Positions 50,755-61,363 of a stretch of DNA of 64,000 bases are shown piece by piece. The stretch is from NCBI GenBank assembly GCA_963663385.2, contig CAXXXD010000002.1, forward strand, positions 544,001 to 608,000, in the 5' to 3' direction. The number at the start of each line of letters is the position of its first letter. Within the stretch, counting starts at the first letter, position 1. The translations under genes were made by a program, and so were the position numbers. The DNA comes from Oceanispirochaeta sp. (GTDB lineage: Bacteria; Spirochaetota; Spirochaetia; DSM-2461). The notes under the pieces are model-generated. The model worked only from the letters and a program-made list of their open reading frames with translations. It made no database searches and was not told the DNA's origin.

Positions 50755-52395
50755 TTATTCCGCCTCTTTGCTGGCAAATACGGGGATCCCTTTCCCTTTT
50801 TCTTCGGGTATGAATTTTTCCGTGTTTTCTACATAGATCTTTCTGTCTTTTCCCGGGAGGGGGATTCCTTCCGGAAAATCAGCCTTAAGCTGCCGCATAA
50901 AGCTCATAATCAGGACTACCATGGCAAAGCAGATAGGAAATCCTGTCAGGATAGATACGGTCTGGAGGGGTTGCAGTGCGCTGGGGTTCAGGAGGTAGAG
51001 GCCCAGGGAGACAGCGCCGGCCAGGATCAGCCAGAAAGCCATGTTCCATTTCTGGGGTTCCTGATCGCCTTCCAGCTTTTTTTCGGAGGCGGCAGCCAGG
51101 GAGTAACCGACAGCCGCATGGCCTGTGATGTAGGAGAGCAGACAGATAACCGTAAAGAAAATGATCATCCAGAACCCGCCGGGTGCGTGACGGAACATTT
51201 CGATTACAACACCTCCCCGACCTTTTTCACTCAAGGCAGTTACCAGGTCTGCTGTGCCGCTCATCTGCAGGTGGATGCCGAAGTTGGGAAGAACCATATA
51301 AAAGAGCATACAGCCCAGGGACCCGGCGATCAGCCCGCCCAGAACCATCTGTTTGATTGTGCGACCCTTTGAAATCTTGGCGATGAAGAGACCGAAGGGC
51401 AGAGCGTATACAGCCCACCAGGAGAAGTAGAAGATCGTCCAGCCCTGGGGAAAACCGTTATTGGAGATGGCATCGGTTGTAAAACTCATGTAGACGAAAT
51501 TCTGGATCATCATACCCAGAGCATCGGTAGACTGGTTCAGGATAAAGAAGGTTGGACCGAAAAGGAGGAGAATCAGAAGAAGCACAATGTCCCCTTTTAC
51601 ATTCCAGTCGCTCAGTTTGGCTACGCCCTTATTCAGTCCCAGTACCAGAGCCAGCAGGGGGATGAAGGTCCACAGGAGAATCACAATGGTGTCCAGTATA
51701 ACATTGGACTGTTCCATCCCAAGCATATGGGCAAAGCCGCTGGAGATGGCGGGGGTTCCAAGAGCAAGGGATGTAAGAACCCCGCCGAGGAGACCGAAAA
51801 TATAGAGGAAGTTCAGGGTATGACCGGCCAGACCATCGGATTTTTTTCCAAGGAGGGGACGGGCATACTCACTCATCTTCATGTTTTTCTCTTTCTTTAC
51901 AAAGAAGAAGTATCCGATGGGAACGGCGGCTGCTATATAAAAAGCCCAGGCTGAGGGACCCCAGTGGAACATCCCGTAGGTTGACGCCCATCGGGCGGCT
52001 TCTTCGCTTCCCGCTTCCACACCGAAGGGGGGGGCGCCCATAATCCAGATCCATTCGATGGCGCCCAGGTAAAGGAGGCTTCCGCCCGTACCGGATGTCA
52101 GGATCATTCCCAGCCAGGTGAATGTGGAGAACTGGGGTTTCTCATCCTTTCCTCCCAGAACAATGTTTCCCATTCTGGAAAAAGCGAAATACAGGCACAG
52201 AATCAGCATGGCAACTGTAAACAAGAGGAAAAACCATCCCAGTTCATGTGTTGTAAAAGCATGAATTTTGTTCAGGGCGGCGTTGCTCTGTTCGGGGAGT
52301 GCAAAAAACAGGACTCCCATTACAAGGGTAAAGATAGTGGCAGGCAGAAAGACGGCTTTGTCTATTCTCATGCCTGATGAGTTTTGATTACTCAT
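50755..52395 (-). CDS. BCCT (betaine/carnitine/choline) family transporter
   Basis: KPQFSTFTW, MFHWG..AWAFY, WTIFYFSWW, FIAKISKGRTIK. Confidence 0.92.
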   Translation of the reverse strand: MSNQNSSGMRIDKAVFLPATIFTLVMGVLFFALPEQSNAALNKIHAFTTHELGWFFLLFTVAMLILCLYFAFSRMGNIVLGGKDEKPQFSTFTWLGMILTSGTGGSLLYLGAIEWIWIMGAPPFGVEAGSEEAARWASTYGMFHWGPSAWAFYIAAAVPIGYFFFVKKEKNMKMSEYARPLLGKKSDGLAGHTLNFLYIFGLLGGVLTSLALGTPAISSGFAHMLGMEQSNVILDTIVILLWTFIPLLALVLGLNKGVAKLSDWNVKGDIVLLLILLLFGPTFFILNQSTDALGMMIQNFVYMSFTTDAISNNGFPQGWTIFYFSWWAVYALPFGLFIAKISKGRTIKQMVLGGLIAGSLGCMLFYMVLPNFGIHLQMSGTADLVTALSEKGRGGVVIEMFRHAPGGFWMIIFFTVICLLSYITGHAAVGYSLAAASEKKLEGDQEPQKWNMAFWLILAGAVSLGLYLLNPSALQPLQTVSILTGFPICFAMVVLIMSFMRQLKADFPEGIPLPGKDRKIYVENTEKFIPEEKGKGIPVFASKEAE

Positions 52396-52467
52396 ATAAA
52401 TCCTCCATTTATATTTGATTATTCTAAACCCGCTATTCGCAGGTGAATATCCTTAAATTCTTACAGG

Positions 52468-53745
52468 TCAGACAGGAACAGCGCCATGTTCGACTGTCAA
52501 AGCCACAATATCTTTCGGGTCCACATCCCGTGAGGCAATCCCTTTTCTGACCGCCAGTGCCGCAGCGGCTCCGGCGGCCTGCCCCATAGCCATACAGGTG
52601 CACTGGGCCCGGATCCCTGCCAGGGATTTTCTGTCGGAAGAGAGAATCCTTCCGGCAACTGTAATTCGTCTCGATCCTCTGGGGATCAGGGACCGGAAGG
52701 GAACTTTCGGTGTCATATTCTCTTTCTCATGGAAGATTTCCCTGCAGCCGTCCTCTTCATTGTGCAGATCGATGTAGTTGAAGGCGTTGCATATCTGGTC
52801 GGGGTATTCCACGGCATCCATAAACTCATCCAGCACCACATTATGTTCCCCCGCGATCCTGGCTCCCTCCCGGGAAAGGGCCCGGGCATACATCGTTTTC
52901 AGAACGGCCCGTTCCGCGCCGGGAATTCTGTCTTTAATAAAACGGTAGACCCGCATCATAACTTCCCGTCCGGCAATATTGGCGGCGGTCTGCCCTTCCG
53001 CGTCCGAAGTGTCGCATCCATAGATATGGGAGGAATTGTGTCCTCCCATCTGAAGCAGCCAGAGGAAGGGGTAGGTATCAAAGTATGCCCAGTCCCCCTT
53101 CTTCAGCCGCCCCCGCTCCATAGCCTCTTCGTATATCTTCTGTACTTCCCCCTGCCAGACCTGCTGAAGATCAATGTCTTCAATGCGGTACTGCAGGGTT
53201 CCCGGCTGCCGGACATCCGCTTTAATTGTTTCCAGCCCCAGGGCTCTGACCGCATCGGCGTCTCCTGAGGCATCGATGATCTCTTTGCAGACAGTCGTTC
53301 TTTTAATCCCTCTGGCATAGGAAATCACTTCCCAGGAATCGCCGATCTGTTTTACTTCTCCAACAAATTCTCCGTAGTGCAATCGAACACCGGCTTTTAT
53401 CGCTTCCTGTTCTGCCAGAGAAGCGTATATGGGTACATTTATATGGCTGTAATAACCGGGTGTATCGACAGCGCGTCTGTCCTTCCAGGGTTTCGGCATG
53501 ATCCCTTCGGCTTCCCGGCTTTTCATATAGAGTTCCCAGGGAATCCCCTGGACAACCGGGCCGACGGGAGAGTGGAAATGGTTCGGCATGAATACACCGC
53601 CTTCCGTCATTGTTCCTCCGAGCATATTACCGGCTTCAATCAGACTGACGAGGATACCTTCGCGCCCCGCCTGTATGGCGGCTATATGTCCAGCTGTTCC
53701 GCCTCCGGCTATCAGCAGATCTGCCTGTTCTCGAAGTTCTCTCAT
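52468..53745 (-). CDS. FAD-dependent oxidoreductase (PF12831-like, divergent paralog)
   Basis: GGGTAG, IDASGDAD, QPGTL, SREGARI, IDLH, AGRILS, CMAMGQAAG. Confidence 0.88.
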   Translation of the reverse strand: MRELREQADLLIAGGGTAGHIAAIQAGREGILVSLIEAGNMLGGTMTEGGVFMPNHFHSPVGPVVQGIPWELYMKSREAEGIMPKPWKDRRAVDTPGYYSHINVPIYASLAEQEAIKAGVRLHYGEFVGEVKQIGDSWEVISYARGIKRTTVCKEIIDASGDADAVRALGLETIKADVRQPGTLQYRIEDIDLQQVWQGEVQKIYEEAMERGRLKKGDWAYFDTYPFLWLLQMGGHNSSHIYGCDTSDAEGQTAANIAGREVMMRVYRFIKDRIPGAERAVLKTMYARALSREGARIAGEHNVVLDEFMDAVEYPDQICNAFNYIDLHNEEDGCREIFHEKENMTPKVPFRSLIPRGSRRITVAGRILSSDRKSLAGIRAQCTCMAMGQAAGAAAALAVRKGIASRDVDPKDIVALTVEHGAVPV

Positions 53746-54179
53746 TCAATTTCTCCCGCTATAAGTATGATTTTATTTTTAAAAATTGAATTATCCTGAG
53801 ATTACGATAGAGTTACTTCTTTCAGTTTGTCAAGAAAAATTTTAAAAAAGAATATTAGATTTTGATAAATGAAATCACAAGGCAATGATCTTTTGAAAAA
53901 TAATGATATAATCGGAAAAACGTCTATTAAAATGATAAAATTGAATTTTAATATGATATCCGATTGCCTTTATTAAAACAAAATTATCATATCAGAACTT
54001 GACGGATGGAATCTTGCGTTGTAAAATCCGGAATTGTATTTTGATAAATAAAACTCTTTTTAATATATAACTGGATTGGGTAATGTAAAGCTTCCCCGGG
54101 AAGCCCGCTTGAAAAAAGGGAATTATGATACGGAAGTATCGATAACAGAAAGTTAATATATGATTTTTGGAGGAGAGAA

Positions 54180-55862
54180 ATGTTAGTTTCTGAAGTAGTA
54201 GTTAAAATAATGGAAGCTGAAGGGATCACTGATGCCTTTGGTATTCCCGGAGCTGGGATTAATCCGGTTTATAAATACCTGGATATGTCTGAACAGATCA
54301 GTCACTATACCATGCGCCACGAAGCGGCCTGTGTTCATGCGGCTGACGGTTATTACAGGGCAAAGCACGAGATGGCCCTGGCTATCTGTACATCCGGTCC
54401 CGGTGCGACAAATTTTGTAACCGGACTTTATACCGCCCATATTGATTCCATTCCCCTTCTGGCTGTTACCGGTCAGGGTGCCTCCGGTCTGCTTGGCAAG
54501 GATGCGTTCCAGTGTGTGGATATGGTGGATATTGCTTCTCCCATCTGTAAGAAAGCCTGGTGCATTACCGATGCCGCAAAGGTTCCCGAGATTATGAAGG
54601 AAGCCTTTAAGACCGCCAGAGAGGGAAAACCCGGTCCTGTACTGCTCGATCTTCCCCTGGATGTTCAGAAAACAGATATAGATTTCGACCCTGCGTCGTA
54701 TAAGCCGGCCGAGATTTTCAGGCCCGAAGCAGACAGGTCTCTGGTTGCCAAGGCGGTGGAGATGCTGGATAGTGCGGAAAATCCCATTATGATCATGGGG
54801 GGCGGTGTTATCCTCTCCCATTCCGAAAAGAAGATGGTTGAACTGGCCGAGTATATGAATATTCCCGTCGTTACCACTTATATGGCCAAGGGGGGAATCC
54901 CCGAGAATCACCCCCTTCATGTACAGCATGTGGGAATCCAGTGCGGCGCCGCCAATATCGGCAACAGGTACTTCCTGGAGTCGGATGTGGTACTCGGAGT
55001 GGGCTGTCGTTTTACAGACAGGCATACCGGTGCGGTGGACGTTTACAGGGGAGACCGTAAATTTATCCATGTGAATATCGCCGAAAGTGAAATCGGCAAA
55101 ATCATCCCTGCGGAGATCGGGATCGTTGCCGATGCTTCCGATGCTCTGGATGCTTTTCTGGAGGAAGCCGGAAAGAAAGCCAAACGAAGCGGAAGCGCCC
55201 GTATTGCCAATATCCCCGCGGACAAAGCGGCTATGACTGTCGCCAGAATTCCCGGAAAGCCCGGAGAAATCAAACCCCAGACGGTTTATGCCGAAATGAA
55301 TGAAAATTTTGACGATGAGACCTACTGGACAACAGGCTGCGGTCTTAACCAGATATGGTCCGGCCAGTATCAGGCAATCAATGCGCCCCGGAAATACCTG
55401 CCCTCCGGCGGTGCGGGGACTCTGGGATTTGACATCCCGGCCGCCATCGGCGCCTGTGTCGGTTCCGGAAAAGGAAAAGTTGTCTGTGTTATGGGCGACT
55501 TCGGGTTCACTTTCATGGTGGAAGAGCTGGCTGTGGCTGCGAAATACGACCTTCCTGTTTCCGTCCTGATTCTGAACAACGCCTATCTCAGTCTGATCCG
55601 CCAGAACCAGGTTTATGCCTTCGACTTTGAATATGCTGTTGAAATGTCCGAAAACAAGGACTATATCGACTATGTAAAAGTATCCGAGGGGCTGGGCTGC
55701 AAGGCTGAACGGGTTCTGCAGGATGGGGATATCGCCGCTGCCATGAAGCGGGCTAAAGAATCGGATAAACCCTATGTGGTGGAACTCTTTGTCGAAGACG
55801 CCACTGACTGTAACATGGGGGCGGCTCTGGATAAAATCGCCAATTTCAACGAATCAATGTAA
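54180..55862 (+). CDS. gcl: Glyoxylate carboligase (ThDP-dependent)
   Basis: FGIPGAGINPVY, ADGYYRA, TGLYTAHIDSIP, FQCVD, GDFGFTFMVEELAV, NNAYLSLIRQ. These fit Gcl better than ordinary acetolactate synthase. Confidence 0.8.
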   Translation: MLVSEVVVKIMEAEGITDAFGIPGAGINPVYKYLDMSEQISHYTMRHEAACVHAADGYYRAKHEMALAICTSGPGATNFVTGLYTAHIDSIPLLAVTGQGASGLLGKDAFQCVDMVDIASPICKKAWCITDAAKVPEIMKEAFKTAREGKPGPVLLDLPLDVQKTDIDFDPASYKPAEIFRPEADRSLVAKAVEMLDSAENPIMIMGGGVILSHSEKKMVELAEYMNIPVVTTYMAKGGIPENHPLHVQHVGIQCGAANIGNRYFLESDVVLGVGCRFTDRHTGAVDVYRGDRKFIHVNIAESEIGKIIPAEIGIVADASDALDAFLEEAGKKAKRSGSARIANIPADKAAMTVARIPGKPGEIKPQTVYAEMNENFDDETYWTTGCGLNQIWSGQYQAINAPRKYLPSGGAGTLGFDIPAAIGACVGSGKGKVVCVMGDFGFTFMVEELAVAAKYDLPVSVLILNNAYLSLIRQNQVYAFDFEYAVEMSENKDYIDYVKVSEGLGCKAERVLQDGDIAAAMKRAKESDKPYVVELFVEDATDCNMGAALDKIANFNESM

Positions 55863-55864
55863 GT

Positions 55865-55907
55865 GCAAACAGCCGTCCTTTTAGATTATCAGGGGACGGC
55901 TGTTTGC
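55865..55907 (+). terminator. Hairpin after gcl
   Basis: GCAAACAGCCGTCC...GGACGGCTGTTTGC 14-bp stem. Confidence 0.75.
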
Positions 55908-55984
55908 CAAGCATTTGGAAGATTTACAATTATCGTAATATGGGGTATTTTATACCTTAAAACAGTCAAAACAGGGAGTTCCAG

Positions 55985-56791
55985 ATGCCGTCTGAAGGAG
56001 TCAAGAAAAATCAATCGATCGGGAAAGCCTTTACCATTCTGGAGGCTATGGTGGAAGAGGGGCGTTCCCTTCGTTTACTGGACCTGGCCCAGAAGCTGAA
56101 TATACCATCCAGTACGGTGATCCGCTACCTGAATACCCTGATCGATTACAACTATGTAAAACAGGAGCCTGAGACTTCCCGCTACTATCTCACTCTGAAA
56201 CTGTCCAGTCTGGGTAACAAGGTCTACTCCCGGTTTTCCTACCAGGAAGCTATGAAAAAGTACCTATACAGGATAAGCGATACCCTGCAGGAGTCGGTTT
56301 CCCTTTCCATCGAACAGGATATGAATGTCGTCTATATTGATGCGGTGGAGGGGCCGGATCACATCCTGCAGACGCTGCAGCGGATCGGAAAAGTGGCTCC
56401 CATGCACAGTACCGGATCCGGAAAGGTTCTGCTTCTAAACTGCAATGATCAGGAGCTGGACCGGTTTATCGATATCAAGGGACTGCCGGGTTATACGCCC
56501 CATACGCTGACAACCCGTCACTCTTTTCTGAAGGTTATGGCCAAAGTCCGTGAGAGCGGATTCGCCTACGATGATGAAGAGTGTGAGATGGGCGTAAAGT
56601 GTGTGGCTTTCCCGGTTCGGGACTTTACCGGTAAAGTGATTGTCGCCATAAGTGTTTCCGCTCCCATCTCCAGGATGGGTGATATCAGGGAAGAGGCGAT
56701 TATTGAAGTTTTAAGTGAAGTGACAGCAGAGGCGTCCCGCGAATTCGGGTATAATCCTCAGAAAACACCCGTTGCTGTCAGACAGGATTAA
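55985..56791 (+). CDS. IclR-family transcriptional regulator
   Basis: QSIGKAFTILE, APMHSTGSGKVLL, GFAYDDEECEMGVKCVAFPV. Confidence 0.95.
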   Translation: MPSEGVKKNQSIGKAFTILEAMVEEGRSLRLLDLAQKLNIPSSTVIRYLNTLIDYNYVKQEPETSRYYLTLKLSSLGNKVYSRFSYQEAMKKYLYRISDTLQESVSLSIEQDMNVVYIDAVEGPDHILQTLQRIGKVAPMHSTGSGKVLLLNCNDQELDRFIDIKGLPGYTPHTLTTRHSFLKVMAKVRESGFAYDDEECEMGVKCVAFPVRDFTGKVIVAISVSAPISRMGDIREEAIIEVLSEVTAEASREFGYNPQKTPVAVRQD

Positions 56792-56814
56792 TTCAATAAA
56801 TACAGTAAAATCAG

Positions 56815-56845
56815 AACCCGCCGATCTTCTGTTCGGCGGGTTTTT
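56815..56845 (+). terminator. Intrinsic terminator
   Basis: AACCCGCCGA...TCGGCGGGTTTTT. Confidence 0.8.
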
Positions 56846-56866
56846 CAGTGACTGTTAAAGTTCTCC

Positions 56867-57058
56867 TTAATGGTGTTTTCTGTCCTGAATCACTTCCTGT
56901 ATCAGAGGGATCAGGAAAAAGATACAGCCGATCAGAAACATGATACTGCCCGTCAGATTGCAGGGATCATCGGTATTTATACCGCTGATCAGGTATAGAA
57001 CAGCGCAGACTAGGAATAAAAACCAGCCGCCCAGCTGGAATTTATGACTGGTTTTCAT
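56867..57058 (-). CDS. Small two-TM membrane protein
   Basis: 63 aa with two hydrophobic helices; RBS-like GGTGAG; last gene of the TRAP operon. Confidence 0.6.
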   Translation of the reverse strand: MKTSHKFQLGGWFLFLVCAVLYLISGINTDDPCNLTGSIMFLIGCIFFLIPLIQEVIQDRKHH

Positions 57059-57076
57059 AGGCTCTCACCTCAAAAA

Positions 57077-58438
57077 TTAGTATTTTACCCGAACGCCCTG
57101 ATGTTCCAGTGCAGCCTGGACGGTTCGTATATTCACATCCCGGCAGGTCGTTCCCGTCTTTACGGCTACGGCAGCGGCCGTTCCGGCTCCCTGGCCCGAT
57201 ACGGCACAGCACATCATATTCCGTGTCGCCGCATGGGATATTCTATCTCCCGCGATGGAACGGCCGGCTACAAGAAGGTTCTCCACTTTTAAAGGCACCA
57301 GGGCTTTGTAGGGCACCTGAAAAAAGCGGCCCGTTACGGGAAGCCTCAGGATGCCGAATCCGTCTACGAACTCGGGGAATATCCCGATGGAATCGGTAAA
57401 GCGTCCCTCTTCCATCACATCTTTTCCTGTCATGCTGTATTCGCCTGCAATCTTGCGGGAATCCCTGGTGCCGATGGCCATGGGATAGTTTCGCAGCCGG
57501 GCATTTTCAAAGCCGGGGATTGTTTTATTCATGGCCCTGATGGCATCCAGTACCCGGGCCCTGCCTTCCATCTCCGCATAGGTCAGATCGCGGATATCCG
57601 TGCAGTCCCGGTTTTCCAGGTGGACCAGGTTGAGGTAGGTGGCGCATCCGTCATCGGTTATGGTGCTCCAGGAACCGCAAAGGTTCCATTCGCTGGGAGG
57701 GATAATGCCTTCTTCGATTGCCCGGGTGAACTGTTTTTCAAAATAGGGGCTGAACATATCATTTTCAAGCCCCGACGTATTCTGAGCCCAATCCTGTCCC
57801 CAGTCGTTATAGGTGGCGGGCTCGCTCTTTATGTACTCCATAAAGCGTTTTTTATCCACGCCGCAGCAGTTAAAGGCCATCGTAACGGCCTGCTTTTCAC
57901 TTTTCGGGTTTTCTATATAGGGAGCACCCGCCTTGGCCGCCAGATCGGCGTCGCCTGTGGCATCTATAACCACTCGGGCCAGTATTGCCTGCCGTCCCGA
58001 TTTGCTTTCCGTTATAACCCCCCTGATAATATTTCCTTCCAGAATAGGTTCAACGCCATAGCAGTGAAGCAGGGGAAGAGCTCCCGATTCTTTCAGCAGG
58101 ACGTCGGCAACATGCTTGAATTTTTCCGTATCCAGAGCATGGCTGTCTGACTGGACTTCCTTGTTTGCGGCGCCCATTGCCATGGCGCGCTTCTCAAACT
58201 CGAAGCCGATACCATCGGACTCAATGGTTTTTTCATGGCGGTACCAGGCCAGGGATTCTACACCGACCACGGTCATATTTCCGCCGAAACAGCCATATTG
58301 CTCCACCAGCATGGTTTTTACACCGGACCGGGCGGCGGCGATTGCAGCGGAAAGCCCTCCGGGACCGCCCCCGACGACCAGCACATCTACTTTATCCAGA
58401 ACGGGAGTTTCTCTTCTTTCCTCAATAATATATTTCAT
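57077..58438 (-). CDS. FAD-dependent oxidoreductase (PF12831-like), close paralog of 49203-50564
   Basis: GGGPGG, ESLAWYRHE, IDATGDAD, GTRDSRKI, SIGIFPEFVDG, TRNMMCC. Confidence 0.9.
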   Translation of the reverse strand: MKYIIEERRETPVLDKVDVLVVGGGPGGLSAAIAAARSGVKTMLVEQYGCFGGNMTVVGVESLAWYRHEKTIESDGIGFEFEKRAMAMGAANKEVQSDSHALDTEKFKHVADVLLKESGALPLLHCYGVEPILEGNIIRGVITESKSGRQAILARVVIDATGDADLAAKAGAPYIENPKSEKQAVTMAFNCCGVDKKRFMEYIKSEPATYNDWGQDWAQNTSGLENDMFSPYFEKQFTRAIEEGIIPPSEWNLCGSWSTITDDGCATYLNLVHLENRDCTDIRDLTYAEMEGRARVLDAIRAMNKTIPGFENARLRNYPMAIGTRDSRKIAGEYSMTGKDVMEEGRFTDSIGIFPEFVDGFGILRLPVTGRFFQVPYKALVPLKVENLLVAGRSIAGDRISHAATRNMMCCAVSGQGAGTAAAVAVKTGTTCRDVNIRTVQAALEHQGVRVKY

Positions 58439-58454
58439 ACGCAGATCCTTTTTA

Positions 58455-59738
58455 TCAGGGCATTCCGTAACCGAACAGTCCCGGCAGGAACAGGGTTGTC
58501 TGGGGAATATAGGTTATTATGAACAGAACACAGATCAGAACCAGTAAAAACGGTACAATTTCCTTAATTACTTCCTCGAAGGATACTTTGGCGATATCCG
58601 CTGCAACATAGGCACAGACTCCCAGCGGGGGGGTGATCAGCCCGATATTGAGGTTCAGTTCCATAACGACGCCGAAATGCATCAGATTAATTCCCATGGA
58701 TGTCAGAAGGGGCATCAGGACAGGTATAAGGATCAGCATAACGCTGATACCTTCCATAAAGCATCCCAGAATAAGAATGAAAACATTCAGGATCAGCAGA
58801 ATGACATACTGGTTCGAGCTGAAGCCTACCAGTATCCGGGCCAGTTTCGCCGGAATCCCTTCATAGGTCAGAATCCAACCGAATACAGCCGCAAAGGCAA
58901 TAATCAGCATAATGCGGCTGGTCCCTTTTCCTACGGATATCAGGGTCTCCGCCAATCCTCTGAATGACAGTTCCTTATAGATAACCATGCCGAGGAATAT
59001 GGCATAAAGAACGGACAGAACCGCTGCTTCGGTAGGGGTGGCAAATCCTGTCATAATCCCCGCCAGGATAATAACGGGAGTCAGCATAGGGAGAAGAGAG
59101 TGGAGAAGCGAACTCAGTATGGCAGAGAACGCGGCTCTCGGGTAAACTCTGAAACTCCGTTTTTTTGCCTCCAGATAGACGATAATCATCTGGGCGAAGG
59201 TCATAACAAGGGCCGGTATGATTCCCGCGATGAACAGCCCGGCAATGGATGTTCCCGTCATGGCCCCGTATATGACAAAGCCCAGACTGGGGGGCATAAT
59301 GGTCCCCACTGTGGAAGATGCTGCAGTAACCGCTGCGGAAAAGGCCGGGTCGTACTCCTCCTGCTTCATGTAGTTGATTTCAATGGTTCCCAGGCCCGCG
59401 CTGTCGGCCGTGGCGGAACCGGACATGCCGGCAAAAATCAGGCTGGATACAATATTCACATGTCCCAGACCGCCGGGAATATGGCCTACGAGAGATTTGC
59501 AGAAGTCGAAGAGGCGGTTGGTTACGCCTCCCATATTCATGATCTGCCCTGCCAGCATAAAGAGAGGGATTGCCAGAAGGGTAAAGGACTCGAATGTTCC
59601 CAGCATTATCTGGGGGATTGTTTCCAGGGGAACACCGTTCGTTAAAAAATAGAAGAGACAGGACGCTCCCAGGCTGAATGCCACAGGAACTTTTACCATC
59701 ATAAGGACTAAAAATATTAAAATGAAAAGACAGCTCAT
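58455..59738 (-). CDS. dctM: TRAP transporter large permease
   Basis: LLAIPLFMLAG, FAGMSGSATAD, TPTEAA, IGLITPPLG. Confidence 0.93.
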   Translation of the reverse strand: MSCLFILIFLVLMMVKVPVAFSLGASCLFYFLTNGVPLETIPQIMLGTFESFTLLAIPLFMLAGQIMNMGGVTNRLFDFCKSLVGHIPGGLGHVNIVSSLIFAGMSGSATADSAGLGTIEINYMKQEEYDPAFSAAVTAASSTVGTIMPPSLGFVIYGAMTGTSIAGLFIAGIIPALVMTFAQMIIVYLEAKKRSFRVYPRAAFSAILSSLLHSLLPMLTPVIILAGIMTGFATPTEAAVLSVLYAIFLGMVIYKELSFRGLAETLISVGKGTSRIMLIIAFAAVFGWILTYEGIPAKLARILVGFSSNQYVILLILNVFILILGCFMEGISVMLILIPVLMPLLTSMGINLMHFGVVMELNLNIGLITPPLGVCAYVAADIAKVSFEEVIKEIVPFLLVLICVLFIITYIPQTTLFLPGLFGYGMP

Positions 59739-59788
59739 TATGTAAAGTCTCCGTTTTGGATGATCATTTTCTCAATCGGGATAAATTG

Positions 59789-60271
59789 TTATTTTTCTGC
59801 AAACCAATGAGTTTGTTTTACCGTTCTAAAGAGATTCCATAAGGTAAAAACCGTTATACCGATAAATCCCAGAACAATGGCGAAGGTGTACCAGGGGATG
59901 GGGAGTCTGGCGGCAACAGAGGTGATTCCGACCTGTTTTCCCATTGTCTGGATAGAGTCGTAAATCATGATCGAGCCGATAAACAGTATGAGAAGTTCTG
60001 TAAAAATATCCAGAGCTCTTTTCAGCCCCGGTCTGGCTCTGTTGTAAAAGAAGTCCACCTCCAGATGAGTCTTTTCAAAACTGCAGCTGGCGCTTCCCGT
60101 AAAGGTGAACCAGCAGAAGGCGAACAGGGATATCTCTTCCGTCCAGGTAAACGGCATGTTGAACCCGTAACGGGAAACAATCTGGAGGATGACGCATGCA
60201 ATGATTGTCACCAGTGAAGCGAAAAGCAGGATGACATAAAGGGCATCCAGCTTTTTTAAAACTTTTTCCAT
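59789..60271 (-). CDS. dctQ: TRAP transporter small permease
   Basis: QIVSRY...WTEEIS...HLEVD. Confidence 0.9.
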   Translation of the reverse strand: MEKVLKKLDALYVILLFASLVTIIACVILQIVSRYGFNMPFTWTEEISLFAFCWFTFTGSASCSFEKTHLEVDFFYNRARPGLKRALDIFTELLILFIGSIMIYDSIQTMGKQVGITSVAARLPIPWYTFAIVLGFIGITVFTLWNLFRTVKQTHWFAEK

Positions 60272-60361
60272 ATTTTTTTTCCATCCTTTTTTACAGGAAC
60301 AGGGCTGATGCAGGAATGATAGTTGGCATAAATGCAGCAGCCCGTTTGCTATCCGGTTGTT

Positions 60362-61363
60362 CTAGTTTTCCAGGAATGACTGAATTTCTGCCCAGAGACC
60401 GGCATCCCATTCCCCATCGGCTTCCGCCTGGATCATTGTGCCGGGATAAACCTGATCTCTGAAAGCATCCTTGTCGATCCGGTGAACAACAACCCCTTCC
60501 TCTTCCATGAGGCTGATGTATTTGTCCTGCAGGTTGTTGTTTTCAACGATAAACCAGGCGTCCACTTCGTCCCATGTTTTTCTGATCATCTCTTTATTCT
60601 CATCACTCAGAGACTGCCACCAGGCATCGTTGACAATGAAACCGGTAATGTCGTAGCTGTGATCAGTAATTACGAGGTGTTTGGCCGATTCGTGCCATTT
60701 CATGTTGTACAGGGATTCCACATGGTTTTCAGCCCCGTCCACAACGCCCTGTTTCAGAGCCAGATAAGTTTCACTGAATGCTACGGGAGTGGGGGCAACA
60801 CCCAGGGCTTTAAAGCTTTCGATGTAGGAGTAGCATTCGGGAACCCTGAGTTTTACCCCGTTCAGGTCGCTCAGATCGGAGACCGGTTCGGATACGAGGA
60901 TCTGACGGGGGAGACGGGTCCAGCCGGCAGTAACAAAGCGGATTCCGTGTTTCGCAGCCAGCTTATCGTTCAGTTTCCCAAGAGCCGTGGATTCCGCGAT
61001 CAGCTTGGCCTGTTCATTGGAACCGGCTGTGAAGGGGAAGTCTGTCAGGGAGAATCCCGTGTCGAACTGGGCCAGCCAGCTGATTGATCCTCTGAAGGCT
61101 TCCAGAGTACCTGATTTGACCAGTTCCAGCTGTTTGTTGGCACTTCCCATCTGGGAAGCATGGAAGCATTTCACATCGATAGCACCCTGGCTTTTATCTT
61201 CGATCAGCTCTTCGTAGCGGTCCATGGCAACAGCTCCGAGGTTGGCTACGTTTTCAATGTCTCCGACCCTCATGGTAACGGAACCGCTTTCATCCTGCTG
61301 ACCATTGGCGAACAGCACCAGGCTTGTCAGCAGCACCAGAAACAGGGATAAGGCTTTTTTCAT
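60362..61363 (-). CDS. dctP: TRAP transporter substrate-binding protein
   Basis: Signal ...LFANGQQD; DLNGVKLRVP; ETYLALKQGVVDGAEN. Confidence 0.92.
   Translation of the reverse strand: MKKALSLFLVLLTSLVLFANGQQDESGSVTMRVGDIENVANLGAVAMDRYEELIEDKSQGAIDVKCFHASQMGSANKQLELVKSGTLEAFRGSISWLAQFDTGFSLTDFPFTAGSNEQAKLIAESTALGKLNDKLAAKHGIRFVTAGWTRLPRQILVSEPVSDLSDLNGVKLRVPECYSYIESFKALGVAPTPVAFSETYLALKQGVVDGAENHVESLYNMKWHESAKHLVITDHSYDITGFIVNDAWWQSLSDENKEMIRKTWDEVDAWFIVENNNLQDKYISLMEEEGVVVHRIDKDAFRDQVYPGTMIQAEADGEWDAGLWAEIQSFLEN

Noticed and set aside
54183..55070. 295-aa minus-strand ORF
   Set aside because: Antisense shadow of gcl
60323..60338. GG-N10-GC pattern between dctP and dctQ
   Set aside because: Antisense to the operon and lacks the TTGC -12 consensus
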